From positions 17,362,001 through 17,426,000 of the forward strand of contig NW_024704743.1 of the NCBI RefSeq assembly GCF_018977255.1: a stretch of 64,000 nt of DNA, given 5' to 3'. A program made the position numbers and the translations under genes. The DNA is from Callorhinchus milii (taxonomy: Eukaryota). Shown here one piece after another: positions 11,865 to 24,878 of the stretch (its first letter is position 1; the number at the start of each line of letters is the position of its first letter). Below the pieces are notes generated by a model. The model did no database searches. It saw only the letters and a program-made list of their open reading frames with translations, and was not told the origin of the DNA.

Positions 11865-13780
11865 ATTTCCTAAAAGAAAACTATAATCTGTGTTTCAAAG
11901 GATCAACCCTTCCTGCTTCAACCGTCTCCCTAGGGAACTTGTTCCACAGGTTCACTATTCGCTCACTGAAATTGTGTTTGCGTAGATTCGTTCTGAAGTT
12001 ACACCCCTTCAATCACAGGCCGTGTCCTCTGGTTTTGCTATTCTGGACAGGTTTCCTTTTTTATATCCTCTCTCACTTGTGTCTCAATACTGGAGCTTAT
12101 ATATAGTGCCACGCCACCTCCTCTTCTCCCAGTATAGTCCCCCTAAACAGTTTATAACCTTCCAGATGGGTATCCCATTGATTGGATTCATTCCACCATG
12201 TCTCTGTTATGCTAATGATGTCCAATCTATCACCACCTACAAGACCTTCCAGATCACACATCTCGTTTGTCAGACTTTCTGCATTAATGCAAGTACAGCT
12301 CCATTGTTTTTTGCCTTTCCCATTTACTTTATACACATTTTTTTGTTTCTTTTTCACCAACCTTTGGAGTTAGACCTGTTACACTGTTACACCTTAAGGT
12401 TTTTCCTAATCGGTTCAGGTGCTCTCTTACACCTATCGCAACCACCCCTGTGCCTAGTTTAAACACTCCCTAACTAAATTATCTAACCTGCCTGTCAACA
12501 CCTCCACCCCATTTTGTTTAGGTGGCGCCCATATAGATGCCCTCTATTCCAAAAGGAACCCCGTTGTTTGAGGAAACGAAAGCCTGACTCCCTACACCAA
12601 TGCCTTGGCCATGCATTGATCTGCTTAATTACCCTCTTGTCTTTCCTCACTAGCACATGGTACAGGTAGTATTTCATAAAATACTACATTTGAAGTCTTT
12701 GCCTTTAACTTCCTTCCTAATACTCTAAATTTAGCCTGAAGGACATCTGGTATACTTCTATCTATGTTATTTCTTCCCACATGAACAACTACAATTGGTT
12801 TCTCACCTGCTCCCTGTGGCATTTGGTCAACCCAAGGTATCAGTTCCTCAACCTGTGCACCTGGTAGGCAACTTACCATTCTATTTTCTGGATCTGGTTT
12901 GCACAGAATGCAATCCATGAACCAAATAGTTTAATCCCCTAATATCACAACTTGTCTGCTATTTTTTCTCTTCTTCCCTCCTTTACTGGCAGGCTGCTGG
13001 ATTGCCTCGGTGCACAGCACTCCCTTGCCTGTCTTAGCCATCACTTGGGTTTCCACATCATCTCTCCAGAGAAGAGAAACTATTGGAGAACACCAGGGAT
13101 GTCTGCTCCTGCTCCATTAGCCGAGCACAATTTCTGGCCCCTTTCCTAACAGCGACCCAATCCCCTCCTCTAGGCACCGGGGACTCGTCTCCTACTGTGT
13201 CTCATAGCAAGGTCTCCTCTAATACATCATTAGTAAACACTTCTCCCTCCCTAATACAAGCTGCTGACTAAGGCTGACCACTTCAGCCTTGAGTGAACCT
13301 GCCAGCTTGCAGTTAATGCAGATGAATCCATTCAAAACCTGGGTCTGGATGGCAAATATTCTCTCACCTGCACCTTCTTCCCCCACTGCACCAAATTCCC
13401 ACTCTCACCAAATTCCTTAACGTAATTCTCACTCTGCTGGACTCTCTGTTCCAGTGAGGCTCTCAAAATTCTCCACTTTATATAGGCCTCTGACACAACC
13501 AGTTTCAACTGGTCAGCAAATAATTAACTAATTAGCTAATCCCTATTACTTGGCCTGTGACTAACTGCAAATTTGGCTTGATTACCTGTTTTGCTTGAAA
13601 AGTTCTCTCTTGCTCAAGAAACAATCCCCACTCTTGTGCTAAAAGAAAGAGTTCTCTCTTGCTCTCTAGTTCCCTCTTGATCTAGAATTCCCACTCTCAC
13701 CAAATTCCTTAACAGAATTCTCACTCTGTTCCCCCTCACTCAATTCCCTCCTCACTCTGCTGAGCCCTCTGCTCGCCAAT
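11865..13780 (-). mobile_element. CR1 LINE with 5'UTR, ORF1 (SGNH esterase-like) and the start of ORF2, internally deleted and joined to its 3' end
   Basis: CLPGAQV..., VVVHVGRNNI, ILPVP (CR1 ORF1 esterase motifs); CINAESL...DIISITETWW (APE start); TRGH.L..RTNLRKHNFSERIVNLWNK at 11930-12035. Confidence 0.8.
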
Positions 13781-15411
13781 TGAATCAGACAGTCGTGGAT
13801 TAAGTGACCAAATTATTATTTTTTTTTAAGGATTATTATCCCCGGAAATGCGATCTGCCAATCAACTAACAACCAGGTTCCTACTTACTGCTAGGTAAAC
13901 AGAGGTATGTGGAGTAAAGAAACTTGCCCAACATTTCGCCATGCCGGGAATCGAACCAAGTTCTCTCGCTTGCGAGGCGACTGTTCTAACCACTGAGCTA
14001 CAAGACTCCACCTGGCTCCACTGGGTATTCATGTAACTACGAGGGTCTAATGTGGAATATTTGCAGATGTATTTATAAAAAAGCAAATCTTACAGATATT
14101 CAAAATGCGTCTGAGGCAGACCCTCTGGAATTCCTTTTTAGACACCAATTGATGTCCAGTTGGGTGCCAGGAATCTCCTTTGTCTAACCTCAAAGAAGTC
14201 GATACTGAATGTTGGACTAAGACACCTCGGGGATTCACAATGTGCAAATCCTTTTCCGCACAAATAATCTCACAAATTAAAATATATTCTTTATATTTGA
14301 TATTGCGCTGCATCATGTCATTGAAATATCTCAAAGCACTTCACAAGAATTACTGTAAAGTATAGTGACAATGTAACTTGTAGGTAATGGGGCAGCCAAT
14401 TTGCACGCAGCAAGATCCCACAAGTAGCCACAAAGTGAATGACCAATGCTTATCTAGGGGATAGTACAGGGCAGCGTTCGCTGAGAGGAGGGCATAGTTG
14501 GAGCAATTGTAGAGGTGAGGCAAGTCCATTGAGGGGTTTAAATGCAAGTACAAGGATCTTGAATTCGATCTACTGTGAGATGGGAGCCAAGCAAGGATGG
14601 GGGTGATAGGATTACAGATCCTGGTTCAGGAGAGGTGAACGCCTTGAGATGACCTTCTGATGTGAAAGGCGCTATACACATATAAATTGTTGTTGTTATT
14701 GTCACAATTCACATTAAGAATCCTGGATAGTCTACAGCTTGTGTAGAGAGTTGCTGGGGAGTCCAGCAAGTAGGGGATTGGAGTAGTTTGGTGTAGATGT
14801 GATGAAGGTGTGAATCGTCATTTAATATGTCGATTGCTGTTTGTTCTTTTTCAACCGTTTTGGATACCATAAGATTTTAATTTCTTCCCTGACTGCCCTC
14901 TTATTGTTATGAGGAATTCAGATGTACTGTAAAGAGCTAAGGGTCCACGACAACAACAACATTGCATTTATATAACTCGCTTCACACAGGTAGTGTTTCA
15001 GTGGATTGGATTGCACAGTGTATGCCGAGCAAGGAAGAAGGGCGTGTTGACCATAGGTGCAGTCGAAGAGGTAGGTCTTGAGATTTAAAGATAAGAGCGG
15101 GCCAAGTAGAGGTTTGAGGCAGTTCCAGAGGTTAGGAGCATAGTGGTTTAAGGCACAGCCAATGATGCTGTTAGCTAAGCGAAGGGGGTGGGCAGAAGAG
15201 TAGGGTACAAGCAGGTGAGAGTGGTAGGGAGGCGCTAGCATGAAGAGATTTGTATGTGAAGATGAGGATCTTTGATCCTGTCATAGACAGGGAACCACGC
15301 GAGATGTAAACTTCCTTTCAGGCCGAGATTTCTTTACAGTTCACCCTTCAGCAAATATGGCTGCTCAAATTCTAATCAATAAACTGAACTGTAAATTCTT
15401 TGAACTCCTAC

Positions 15412-15495
15412 CCCTTGAACTTGAGAGGCCTCAGTCGCAAGCCTGGTCGTCAAAGCTCCAGTACTGTTTTTAGGATCATCAAACCAGTGAATATC
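15412..15495 (-). CDS. ABCB1: ABCB1-type coding exon 19 ([28 protein letters not shown])
   Basis: [16 protein letters not shown] motif; AG/GT; 84 nt. Confidence 0.96.
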
Positions 15496-15912
15496 CTGAA
15501 ACAAAGTTATACATAAACATAAATTGAATTGGCTTTCCTCATGCGTGCACTTCTTTTGCCAACAAATAGCAACAGTTATAATATAATGAGACGGCAAAGC
15601 GATATTCTGGTCAGGTGGCTGTTAAAGACCCCATAGCATTGTTCGAAAACAGAAGGGAGTTTCTCCCGGCGTTCTGGTCAACAAGTCCCCAGATAAAATA
15701 GGTCACTCACTTCATTGTTATTTGTAGAACATTGCTGTACACAAATTGACTACAGCATTCACCTACAAAATGCAACCTCACTACACTTCACAGTATATCT
15801 GGTGAGGGTCTTTGAGACATACTTCCAATGTGAAAGGTGCCATATCAAATACAAGGAAAAGTTATTATTATAAATTATTATAATTTATATTATAATTTAT
15901 AATTTATATATT

Positions 15913-16275
15913 ATAATAATAATCCTGGCATTTGATATAGCATCTTATCACATCTTTGAGATGTCTCAAAGCGTTTCACAGAATATACTGTCAAGTGAAT
16001 TGACTGTATTTGTGGGCAAATTGTGGTAGCTAATTGCACACAGCATTGTCCCACAAACAGTCATGGATTGAGTGACCAAATTATTATTATAATTTATTTT
16101 ATTTCTTTTGAAGGGATTATTACCCCTGGAAAAGCGATCCGCCCGTTGACTAACAACCAGGTTCCTACTTACAAACAGAGGAGTGTGGAATAAGGAAACT
16201 TGCTCAATGTTTTGCTTTGCCAGGTATCAAACCTAGGTCCTCTCGCTTACAAGGCAAGTACTCTAATCACTAAAG
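15913..16275 (-). mobile_element. tRNA-derived SINE (young family) copy
   Basis: Head, body and tail similarity to the other copies. Confidence 0.8.
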
Positions 16276-16397
16276 TACCGCACTATTCAGTACCCAGATT
16301 AAAATTAAATAAATTACTCTGAAATTCTAAACTATTTATATGCTTCAAAACAATAAAGAGCAGAAACCAGCTGATCTGTAAGGATCTTTGTTCTTAC

Positions 16398-16475
16398 CTG
16401 TCCTATCATTGCCTTAAAAGCCTTGTCTCGTAATCTCATTGTCAGTATCTCTCCGGATCTACCAAAAGCGAAGCC
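16398..16475 (-). CDS. ABCB1: ABCB1-type coding exon 18 (GFAFGRSGEILTMRLRDKAFKAMIGQ)
   Basis: GF.FG..GEILT.RLR motif; AG/GT; 78 nt. Confidence 0.95.
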
Positions 16476-17533
16476 CTGTCAAAAGATAATGTGAGAAGAG
16501 TGGGGCTTCAAAAAGGAATATTCGTATCTCGTTCAATATGGTGCGGTTCAGGAGAACATTTTTATGGGACAAACCTACACTAAAAAGACAGTGTCAGAGG
16601 AGAATTGGAGGTGTGAAGTTAAAAGAAGAAAGGTTCATCCCATCAAACATGCTAACTGCATTTTATATTTATATGGAGCCTTTCATATAAAAGCATGTCT
16701 CAAAATACTGGATAAATGTAGTGCGTCCACTAATTGTATTTAAAAATGTTGACCAAAACATGCATGGTCGAAGAGATTTGTTTTTAGGATGTTTCGAAGG
16801 AAGGGAGAGAGATAGCAAAGTCACTTTGGAAGAGAGTTTCAGAGCACAGTGGTGGCTGAAAGCTTGGTCACCAATAATGGAGTGAAGGATAAGCACTGGA
16901 CCAATTAACCTGTAATATTTACATTCTCATAGATTGCTTATAGGAGATTAAACATAATAAATTCTAAAGGAAAAGAAAAAGACAGAAATATCCCCAAAGC
17001 AACAGATGAGGACTTATACTATTGAATCTTTGTCTAAGCTGGGGAACTGGATAATACCAAGTGGGGACAGTTAACATTAGAACTGAAATGATGGGCCAAA
17101 TGGGCTTCCTCCTGTAGTGTAAACTCAGGGCAATTTTCCAGTGTCCCCACAGTATTACACAAAATCTAATAATCCCTATTTATGTTTATGTTGTGGTATT
17201 TAAAGAATTTGTAGAGCTCAGTCAATAATTATAATATATTAGCTGTGTTTTGTTCTCCTAAGATGCTGATAGAAACCCTGATCAATTCCTCTCTAGGTTC
17301 CCCACTTACAAGTATCAGAGACAGTGAGACAAAATCTGCAAGGATATGGGGAAAGAGGGGGTAGTGGGACTGATTGGGTAGCTCTTCCAAAAGAGCCGGT
17401 ACAGGTATGATGGGCCAAATGGCCTCCTTCTGTGCTGCAATAATCTATGATTCTATTCTATGATATGGCACATTATCACATTGTTGAGATGTTTCAAAGG
17501 GCTTCACAGAATATACTGTGAAGCGAATTGACT

Positions 17534-17566
17534 GTTTAGTTTAGTTTAGTTTAGTTTAGTTTAGTT
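17534..17566. repeat. (TTTAG)n microsatellite
   Basis: Direct observation. Confidence 0.9.
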
Positions 17567-17941
17567 CAATAGGCATGAAGGCGCTACATAAATGCAAATT
17601 AGTATTGTATTGTCCTGTGTGGAGGGTGCTATATAAACCCAAGTTGTTGTTGTATGTCTGTATGATATTGCATCATCATTCTACCAGTCAGTAGCAGAAA
17701 AGATCTGACAGCACTGACAGGGGTTACAATAAGAGAAGACCATTCAATCCTTAAAGCCTGTTCCACCATTTAATTATAACATAGCAGATCTTTTATATAG
17801 AGCCTTTTCACTATATTCTTTGACTGGCAGTGAGGGAAAGAATCACAGCAAGTGATTTCATCCTGGGTTCAGACAGAGCATTCAGAGACTAATCAGTCTT
17901 TGCTCTTGCAGTTTACAATGGTCTCAATGGATTACCACTGT

Positions 17942-18100
17942 TGTCAGCTTGGCTCAGTTGGTAGCACTCTCACTTCTGAGTCCGAAGGTTATTGATACAA
18001 GGCTTGAGTTCAAGGTCTACTCTGTCACATCAGTGCAGGTTTTTTCAGAGAGCAAAAGTTGGAGTTGAGGGAGGTTCTTCAGATGAGACATTAAACTGAC
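17942..18100 (+). mobile_element. Older Deu-like SINE fragment
   Basis: GTCAGCTTGGCTCAGTTGGTAGCACTCTC head; TTCAGATGAGACATTAAAC. Confidence 0.6.
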
Positions 18101-18147
18101 GAAACTTACTAAACTTAAACTAAAGTGAGCTATTAATTTAAATTTAC

Positions 18148-18252
18148 CTGGAGAAAGAATGTAATGAAGGCGACACCCCCTAGTAGAAGGAACAGAAGGG
18201 AAAAAAATGTACTATCAGTGCGAACAGCATCCTTGTCGGTTTGAGCAAAAAC
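18148..18252 (-). CDS. ABCB1: ABCB1-type coding exon 17 (VFAQTDKDAVRTDSTFFSLLFLLLGGVAFITFFLQ)
   Basis: FSLLFL...FITFFLQ; AG/GT; 105 nt. Confidence 0.93.
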
Positions 18253-19050
18253 CTGTACAAGAGAAATAGGAAGAGGTGATTGTTACACAGTGACAAAGTT
18301 GATTAATTAATAACTCAATACTGAAAAAAAAGCCTGAGAGCAGTTATAGCTGCATAGCTCCTCAACTGCTTAGACATAGTAATAGGAGGAGGAATTCAGC
18401 CGAGGCCTAGATTTATTCTATTAGTATTTCAGGGCATGCAGAATTCAGTCTCAACTTTGAAGCCAGTTTTCTGTAGTTTTTAAAAGAAACTTACAGATAA
18501 TTGGTTTCAAATTGAAGATTGTACAGGGCACCTTTTTTACAATGCGATGATTTGGGTTCATAATCTGCATTAAAACAAAGTGTGAAAATGGCCAAATGAA
18601 AAATCCAGAAACAGAGATTTATAGCACAGAATCATTTGACCATCGAGTCTGCACTGGCTCTCAAAGCAAGCTGTCCAATCAATCTTATTGTCCTGCCCTA
18701 TCCCCATTCCCTATCCCATCAAGCCTTTCTCTTTTCTATACTTGTCTATTTCTGTCTTGAAACCCACATTGGACTCTGCCCTCAACCACCTTTCTTGGCA
18801 GGGCAGTCCACATCCCATTCCAGGCCACTGGGTGCCATAATGTCACTTCCTGAATTTTGTGTAAGTGAGCTACGCACAAGAAGCACCAGTGATCTGACTT
18901 CCCAATGATGTTACCAGCCTCGCTGTGCGTACAAAGGCTGTTGCATTTGTCAGTAACTCAATCATCTACGGCGCAGTTATGGTTAAGTTTTAACAAAATT
19001 ATTGTGTTTTTTATTCAGGAGCTCCACATTGTTGAAACATTCCTGATTTT

Positions 19051-19430
19051 AACAACAACAACTTGGATTTATATAGCTCCCTCCACGCCGGCCGACGTCT
19101 CAGAGCGCTTCACAGTAACGGATCCCGGGGCTGAGCCAGGGGGAGGGGTGGGAAGGTGACCAAAGGCGCAGTCGAAGAGAAAGGTCTTCAGCAGAGACCT
19201 GAAAATAGGAAGAGAGGGGGTGAGGCGAAGGGAGTGAGGAAGGGAGTTCCAGAGCCTCGGAGCATAGTTGCTGAAGGCATTGCCGCTGAGGGTGAACCTG
19301 AGGACTCGGGGGACAAGGAGGAGGTCAGACCCAGTGGAACAAAGGCAACGGGCACTGTTTTGAGGAGAGAGGAGGTCAGAGAGGTAGATGGTGAGGAAAG
19401 TGGAGGATTTGAGGACAAGGGTGAGGATCC
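19051..19430 (-). mobile_element. L2 LINE 3' end fragment
   Basis: [25 protein letters not shown] and the (GTT)n tail matching 59600-59937. Confidence 0.8.
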
Positions 19431-19534
19431 ATATTCCAATACATATCTTCAAACAGATACATTTTCTGAGCAACTCATGAAAAACAGAGATAATGAACAA
19501 GTGTGAGCCTTGAGGGGGAAACAAAAGAGCAAAC

Positions 19535-19868
19535 TTCGAGAAGTTTCAAAATGCTTCACAGAATATACTGTAAAGTGAATTAACTGTATATTTTGTGGGG
19601 AAAATATGGCAGCCAATTGCGCACAGAGTGTTTCACAATCAATCGTGGATTGAGTGACAAAATTATTATTATTTTTGATAAAAGGATTATTACCCCCGAG
19701 AAAAGCGATCAGCCAATCAACTAACAATCAGGTTCCTACTTACTGCTAGGTAAACTGAGGTGTGTGGAGTAAGGAAACTTGCCTAACACTTCGTCCTGCC
19801 TGGGAATCGAACTCAGGTCCTCTTGCATGAGAGACGAGCGCTCTAACCACTAAGCTACAGGACTCCAC
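19535..19868 (-). mobile_element. tRNA-derived SINE (young family) copy
   Basis: Head at 19790-19868 and body similarity. Confidence 0.8.
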
Positions 19869-20092
19869 ATTTAACACTTATTAATTCTCTTGGCCTTTTT
19901 CCCTTGCACACAGCATAATAGTAAGTTCCAAGAAAGACAGTAGTTTCCTTCTCCTGGAAAGTAATTGAATACCTCATTACTATTCTGAAACACAATTTTT
20001 AAAATCATAACATTTATTTTGCTTTGTTTACTTATTTCTTCCTGTTAAGGTTATGATTATTTCATTCATGGATTGGTGAACTGTGAACTTAC

Positions 20093-20239
20093 CTTAATGA
20101 TCTCTGAAAATATCAAGGCAAAAGCAGGCTGGATGATACCGTTAATAACTGCACAAAAGGTTCCTAAAACCATATAAGGCCACTCAGTCTTGTTCATCTT
20201 AAGAACTTTAAAGAAGGAAATGTTGGGAACTTTTTCATC
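20093..20239 (-). CDS. ABCB1: ABCB1-type coding exon 16, TM7 ([49 protein letters not shown])
   Basis: EWPY..G..CA.ING..QPAF motif; AG/GT; 147 nt. Confidence 0.95.
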
Positions 20240-21166
20240 CTAAAAGAACAGAGCAGACTTCAGATTTCTGACAATAATAATCACTGCATTTCTTATAGTG
20301 CCTTTACAATAACAACTTGCATTCATATAGCACCCTTCACATGGGACAGCATCTCAGAGAGCTTTACATGTCATTGAGACTTCTCAAAGCACTTCACAGT
20401 GAAGTGCAAGTGATTTTGTATTTGCACGCACCAAAGTCCCACAAACAGCCACAAAATGAATGACCAATTTTATCTGGGGGATTGTTGGTCAGGACACCAC
20501 AAGAAACTTCTTTTTCTTTTTGAAGTTCATTCTAAGGGTGACCAGTTCAAGTGAAATGGAACAGTAGTCTTTTTTTTACTCAGCTCAATTGTATACCTGA
20601 AGAAAGACTTTTTTCCAAAAAGAAATCCTTCCTAACTCTAGGTTGTGACTCCCATTGAGATATCTTTCCACAAAGAGATTCTCCTGAATCTCACCCAAGC
20701 TTAATATTCTTCATGTGTAAGTTTCAGCAGGATGTTCATTGGTATCTTCACACATGGTTGTTTTCCAAAGGGAGGAATTACAGCAATGAGTTATGTCATC
20801 ATTACTGATTGCCTTTTTCATTCCTAGACACTGCGTGCTGAGCATAGATGTAATGCCTCTACAACTAACCCAGTACATACCACAACACACCTCAATGTTC
20901 GATAAAATTATTTGCATAAATTGAACTGCTAACGTCATTACAAGTATATTGGTAGTTGGGGGGGGGGGAGTGGTGGGAGAGAAATACAACATGTGATGTG
21001 ATAAGTATCACATGATTGAAAATTGGAATGAAACCAGTTGCTGATTATTATCCCCCTGCCCACCTTCGACAAAATGGTAATATAATCATCATCACCAGTG
21101 ATAACTATCACGTTGCATGTTGCATTTTTCACATGTAAAGTTTTCCTGACTAAAGCGAACCCGCAC

Positions 21167-21322
21167 CTCTGGAACCACAGCCACATCAAATTTTTCTTCA
21201 GCTACTTTCATCTTTTTGCTACTACGTCTTGCTGACCGTCTTCGCAGTGACTTTCGTGTGGTGATTGAGTTGAGTTCATCATCACTTCCGTCAAGGATCT
21301 CGTCATCTTCATTCTTAAATGT
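21167..21322 (-). CDS. ABCB1: ABCB1-type coding exon 15, inter-half linker (TFKNEDDEILDGSDDELNSITTRKSLRRRSARRSSKKMKVAEEKFDVAVVPE)
   Basis: ttttaag / gtgcgg boundaries; 156 nt, phase 0-0; acidic-then-basic linker. Confidence 0.85.
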
Positions 21323-21481
21323 CTTAAAAGGAAACAGATAATGACGTAATTCACTGGGCTCTCTTTTAAATTGCACTAGGTTAGCATTGGGTTTTGTTGC
21401 ATTATTCGATACAAGTTCTGATTAAATTTTCAATATGAACACGCAAGACCTGAACAAGAATATTTACTCAATATAAAGTAC

Positions 21482-21643
21482 CTGCGTGGTGACCAAAGTA
21501 TGATAGATGCCATTTGTTTTCATCAATTCTTCGTGGCTTCCTTGCTCTGTGATCAAACCATTCTCTAGTCCTGCAATGACATCTGCATTCTGAATTGTTG
21601 ACAAGCGGTGAGCGATTATTATGGTAGTGCGACCTTTCCGAAC
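21482..21643 (-). CDS. ABCB1: ABCB1-type coding exon 14, NBD1 H-loop ([25 protein letters not shown]...YHTLVTTQ)
   Basis: AHRLST motif; AG/GT; 162 nt. Confidence 0.97.
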
Positions 21644-22702
21644 CTTTAAGAGAATATACAAGAAAACACAAAATAGGCTGAGATTGCAAAGCATACTAGT
21701 TCCTCATTGCTTTTGGCACAATTTGCGATTACACTTGGGAAAGTTCAAAGCTTGTGCCTGAACATTCTGCCTCCTCTCGCGGTACCTTTCCCTTGCATTA
21801 ATGTGGATTGAAAGGTGATAAATGTGAGGCTCTTTGAAACAATCTTTAGTACTGTAAAGATGCAATCTATATTTCTGATGAGGTATTTCTACTGGTATCA
21901 AAACACTGGGTGTAATCCTCTCAGAAGTCGTCTAGAGAACGATATTTCATCGTAGGTGTATTGTGTTAGGAAATGTTGATATCCAGTCTTAGCAACTGTG
22001 GGACTTGCACTCACAGTATCTGTGAAAAGCCTACCCCCCATTGGAAGAGTCAAATCCAAACTGGCCAACAACTGCTTGTAATGTTGGGATGTCATTCTAA
22101 TGCCTTCCTCGCTGGTCTCCCCAGCTTCACCATACACAAAATCCAATGAATTCAAAACTCTGCCGCCCGGATACTCTCCCAAACAAAACTCCGTGCCCCT
22201 ATCACACCAGTCCTTGCCAGGCTCCACTGGCTCCCAATCACCGAATGGATCGACTTCAAGATCCTCTCACTCGTTTTCAAATCACTTTATTCCCTCACAT
22301 CGCCCTACCTATCCGTCCTGCTTACCCCCTCCTCCACCACCCACTGCCTCCACTTGGCTGGCTCCTGCTTCCTGTTACCACTGAAACTCTGCCACTGTTA
22401 AGCACTCTGAGAGGCTACCCTGCGTGGAGGGCGCTGTATAGTGCAAGTTGTTGTTGTTGTTGTCTCTTGTCCCCTCCGTTCCAGCATCAGTGGTCGTGCC
22501 ACAGCCACTATGCCCCAAAACTCTTGGACTCTCTCCCTCAATCGCTCCACCTTCAAATCAAAGACCTTTTTTGATCGTGTTTACGGTCACCTCCCCACTC
22601 CCTCTCCCCTGGCTTGTTGTCAGGACTCCACCACTGTGAAAGGTTCCAGGACGCTACCCCGCGCAAAGGTGTGCTATAGCGCCTTATCACATCGCTTCAC
22701 AG

Positions 22703-23010
22703 AACATAGGAACAGGAGGAGGCCATTCAGCCCTTCGAGCCTGTTCCACCATTTAATTATATCATGGGCTGATCTGTACCTCAACTAATCCTTTCATTTG
22801 CAATTTCCCGTTTTCTCTCCATATCCCTAATACCCTGCACCTAACAAAAATCTATCAGCCTCACTCTTATAGGTATGGATGGATCCAGGATCCATGGCCT
22901 TTTGGGGGAGAGAATTCCAGATTTCTACCACCCTGTGAGTGAAAAAATGCTTCCTGATTTCACTCTTAAATGGCCTGGTTCTAATTTTAAGACTATGCCT
23001 CCTTGTCATG
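22703..23010 (-). mobile_element. CR1 LINE 3' fragment
   Basis: HSLKIRTRPFKSEIRKHFFTHRVVEIWNSLPQKA plus CR1 3'UTR. Confidence 0.8.
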
Positions 23011-23119
23011 GTGAAGATAATCTTTGTAATCTGTTTTCTCTCGGAATTTGTTAATTTTCGAACCTGTAGGGTAAAGGTTTAATGATATTTTCCTTGTGTT
23101 AATTAACAAAACAAAGTGC

Positions 23120-23550
23120 AAGCTTGGCTCAGTTGGTAGCACTCTCATCTCTGAGTTAGAAGGTTGCCTATTTCAGCTCTATGTTGGGTCTTTGAGCTCA
23201 CAGTCTCAGTTGATACTCCAGTGCAACGGGAGCATTGCATTGCTGGAGGAGCACTGCATTGTTGGAGATGATGTCAATTAGATGAAATGTTAAACCGAGG
23301 TCCTGCTTGCCTGTTAAAGAGCCCCTGGCACTACTAAAAAAGAAAAGGAGTTTCTCCAGGTGTCCTGGCCAACAACTCCCTCCCCACCACCCCCCGCAAA
23401 AAATAGTTATTCACCATAGCTATTTGTGAGTCTTGCTCGTTGAAAATGATCCCTGCATTTGTCTCTAAAAACATTCCCTACACGTCACTCTAATTTCCTG
23501 TGAAATGATTTGCAATGTTTCAACAGGATCAGGCATTAGAAAAATGTTCT
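23120..23550 (+). mobile_element. Older SINE with a Deu-like central domain (SacSINE1/AmnSINE1-type)
   Basis: Head AGCTTGGCTCAGTTGGTAGCACTCT; GCATTGTTGGAG..GATGAAATGTTAAACCGAGG..GGTGTCCTGGCCAA resembles the Deu domain (recalled, not aligned). Confidence 0.65.
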
Positions 23551-23912
23551 TCACTATGAACATTAGAGGGTTGAAATTCCACCTAAACTTAGCCTGTAGA
23601 CCATTATGTCTCACTATTTAAGATGGTGTAGAATTGTGGAAAATTCTTAAAGCTCTATGAGTTTTTAAAATGTTTTTTATGGTTCTTAAAAAGATCTGCT
23701 CTCCTATTTAAGACTGAATTAAATAATTTTCCAGAGTTCTGCATTATCTTAAATATTTGACTTTAAAGATCTTACAACAACAACAAATTACATTCATATC
23801 TGACCTTTCACATCAGGAGGTTGTCCCAAGCGCTTTCAGATCACAATTGGCTGAATTTTGGGGCCTCGGCTGACTTTGTAACATGAAAATAATGCTGTAA
23901 TCTCACAGTTAC

Positions 23913-24083
23913 CTTATCAAGTGCTTCCTGAACAACCGCTTCACTCTCAGCGTCTAAGGCTGATGTGGCTTCATCCAGCAGCAATATCTTGGGATTGCGT
24001 ACCAGAGCGCGAGCAATGGCTATCCTCTGCTTCTGACCTCCGCTGAGCTGGGCACCTCTTTCACCAACCATGGTTGAAAAATC
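23913..24083 (-). CDS. ABCB1: ABCB1-type coding exon 13, NBD1 signature and Walker B (...[48 protein letters not shown])
   Basis: [21 protein letters not shown]; 171 nt. Confidence 0.97.
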
Positions 24084-24878
24084 CTATAACGAGATTTAGG
24101 AACACAGTTAAAGATAAGATAAAGATCCCTATTTAAAAGATGAAGAGGTAAGAGAAAGAGAGTTCGAATACCAATTTTTAAAAAAAAAATTCTGAAGTCT
24201 TTTACTGTCAACAATGACTGGGAGATTATTCCCATTCAGAGGGTAAACTCCAGCTCAGTGAGCAAAGTTAGCAAATCCCGAAGTTACCTGATTACAGTGC
24301 TGTTATTACATTTCTGAAGTATATCTATGTACATAGGATAATCAACCAGAAAGGTTGATAGAGACCACCCTTGACTATTTTAACAGCCTTCTGCTGTAAT
24401 GGGAAGATGATAGGCTGGGTATTCTGGAAGGATGAAATAAATCTATATTTCTCTTGACTTTTATCTTGTAACATTAGCACAGCTTATTTTGAGTGACGTA
24501 GAAATGTAATATGCAATGTAAAAAAAAATCATGCACAATGTACATACATTACAATTTCCTTACATTTCTGTAGGCCAGTACTCCTAGTGCATATTCCTCT
24601 GAAATACTAGACTGACAATGAGGTTGAACACATTGCAAATTTAATTTCTTAAGAAGGGATCTGAGTCGCTTATGAGGAATTCTTCCAGGAAGAGGAAATA
24701 CATTACACAAACCCAAGGGAACTAGGATCTGAAAGTAAATTGGGTCAGAATGTATTTCCCAAAGGTATGCAGTGGTAGAGCCATGCTGATCCTGATAATA
24801 TGAATAGGTCCAACATCCCATAATAGATTAGTAACTGGAAGTGATCTCTTTATACTAGTGTCACAGTAACTAACATAG

